From: Mytilus trossulus
Lineage: Eukaryota
Direction: 5' to 3'
Assembly: GCF_036588685.1 (NCBI RefSeq)
Contig: NC_086382.1
Location: forward strand, 21,266,001 to 21,330,000
DNA: 64,000 nt
The notes under the pieces: generated by a model
Told to the model about the DNA's origin: nothing
The model's input: the letters and a program-made list of their open reading frames with translations, nothing else
Database searches by the model: none
Part shown: one piece after another, positions 62,618 to 64,000 of the stretch
Numbering within the stretch: the first letter of the stretch is position 1
Layout of the letters: the number at the start of each line of letters is the position of its first letter
Program-made: the position numbers and the translations under genes

Positions 62618-63800
62618 CTGCAAAAGAAAAACATATATTGAAAATAATCTTGTGAACCTACATATTGACCCTATAATCTCAATGAATCTACTGTGATAAC
62701 TGAAAATTCAGAAATGTTATTGTGCATTTCTTATTGAGTTCAAATGTGAGATTTATTATTGCATTTGCAGGAAATTCTCAATCCATTTTATAAAGCCAAC
62801 AAAATTCAAAATGCCAGTTTTTTTAATTTTTGTCCTGACGCTATTTTCACAACATGCCAAATAATTTTTGTATTTACAGTACTGAAAATATACTCCAAAT
62901 ATCATCAGTTACAGCTGGACAACAGCTGGGTATAATTAATAAAATAGACTATTTCCAATAAGCTTCATCTTTTCAATGTTCTTGGCCTGAATCTTTAAAA
63001 TGTTAACTAATTTGAAATAAATTAAATAATATATATCAGTATTTAAATTTTAATTGCAATGCACATCAAGTATGATGTTACCATCAAGGAAGTCCTCAAA
63101 ATATAAATATTTGTATAAAAATATGTGAAAAATTAATTAACAAAACGCTAGTTTCAATAGACTCTCTTGACAATCATGACAATGTGATTATGTCATCTAA
63201 GTAAACAAATAGATAACTGACAAAGCATGAACACTCAGATTGAAAGGAATGTTCTTCCTTCTTTGTAAAGCATTTACTTCTACATGTTCTATATCTATAA
63301 CAATATATATTTACTTAAGGTGATAAAAAAAGATCCAAAAGTACATTATTTCCTTTTTTTATGTTCATGTCATGATGACTGAAAGAATACAAAGATTTCT
63401 CATTTTCTTTGTTAATACCAATCCAATATAACCATGATAACAGCACATTCAAAGGAGTAGGTCCGGTAAGGACCATTTTTGACCTCAAGTTTCAAGTTCA
63501 TCTGACGAAAGATTTTGACCACTTTTTAAGCACTTAATTGTCTATTTCATTTGATTTGATTAGTTTATGTGAAAGATTTTAACACATTATACATTAAAAA
63601 ACGATCCAATTCAGGCTCAGTCAAATATGAAAAATCTACCAAATATGCAGAAAAAATGCCACTTTTCAGATGGTTTTTGTCAAAAATGAAAGTGGCCGCA
63701 TCCGTGTTCATTCTCAACCTTTGTATATGTTATGTCTTATTGTAAAATACAACTTGCGTTTCAATATTATGGATGAACATGAATGCGGCCACTTTTGTTT

Positions 63801-63954
63801 CAGTCTGCACGGTTAGCCACTAGTCCGATGCCCCAGACTAGTAAAATTTCATTTGGACTAGTAAGTTTTTGCAAAACTTTGTTTGGACCAATAAGAAAAA
63901 TGTCATGATATTGGTCTTCGGACTAGTAGTTGAAAAAGTTTTTGGTGCAGACTG
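63801..63954. mobile_element. MITE with 6-bp TSD (hAT6-like), nested in another repeat
   Basis: CAGTCTGCAC ... GTGCAGACTG; TTGTTT at 63795-63800 and 63955-60. Confidence 0.8.
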
Positions 63955-64000
63955 TTGTTTAACACGGAAACCGTCTAAAAAAATAACTAAAATGCTAGAA

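Overview
AT-rich animal genomic DNA with GT-AG introns. The repeat families and the TRIM expansion suggest a bivalve, probably Mytilus (inference). Host genes: (1) a three-exon minus-strand gene that I assembled by splice phase (22055-21668, 18922-18710, 13293-12650; 414 aa), with a CPC-x3-C motif and a degenerate PD-(D/E)xK-like core; (2) a tandem cluster of single-exon RING/B-box/coiled-coil/NHL TRIM genes (one intact, one RING-disrupted, two decayed); (3) the last four exons of a WAVE/SCAR (WASF) gene. The rest is largely nested mobile DNA: a 4.2-kb ISL2EU-type transposon (THAP-DDE transposase convergent with a SAP-SWIM-YqaJ nuclease gene, AT TSD) inside a Kolobok-type element; a 4.8-kb foldback element; Helentron-type HINEs; many MITEs with readable 3-9 bp TSDs; a LINE tail; and a Penelope-like RT fragment. 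The most striking hidden signal is RNA structure. Two different repeat families carry circularly permuted (type-P5) twister ribozyme folds with compensatory changes in both pseudoknots (8708-8798 in the Penelope-like 3' region; 33642-33743 in a short non-coding repeat). Minimal hammerhead retrozyme copies and a terminally redundant tRNA-like repeat are also present. All calls come from reading the sequence by eye; no searches were run.
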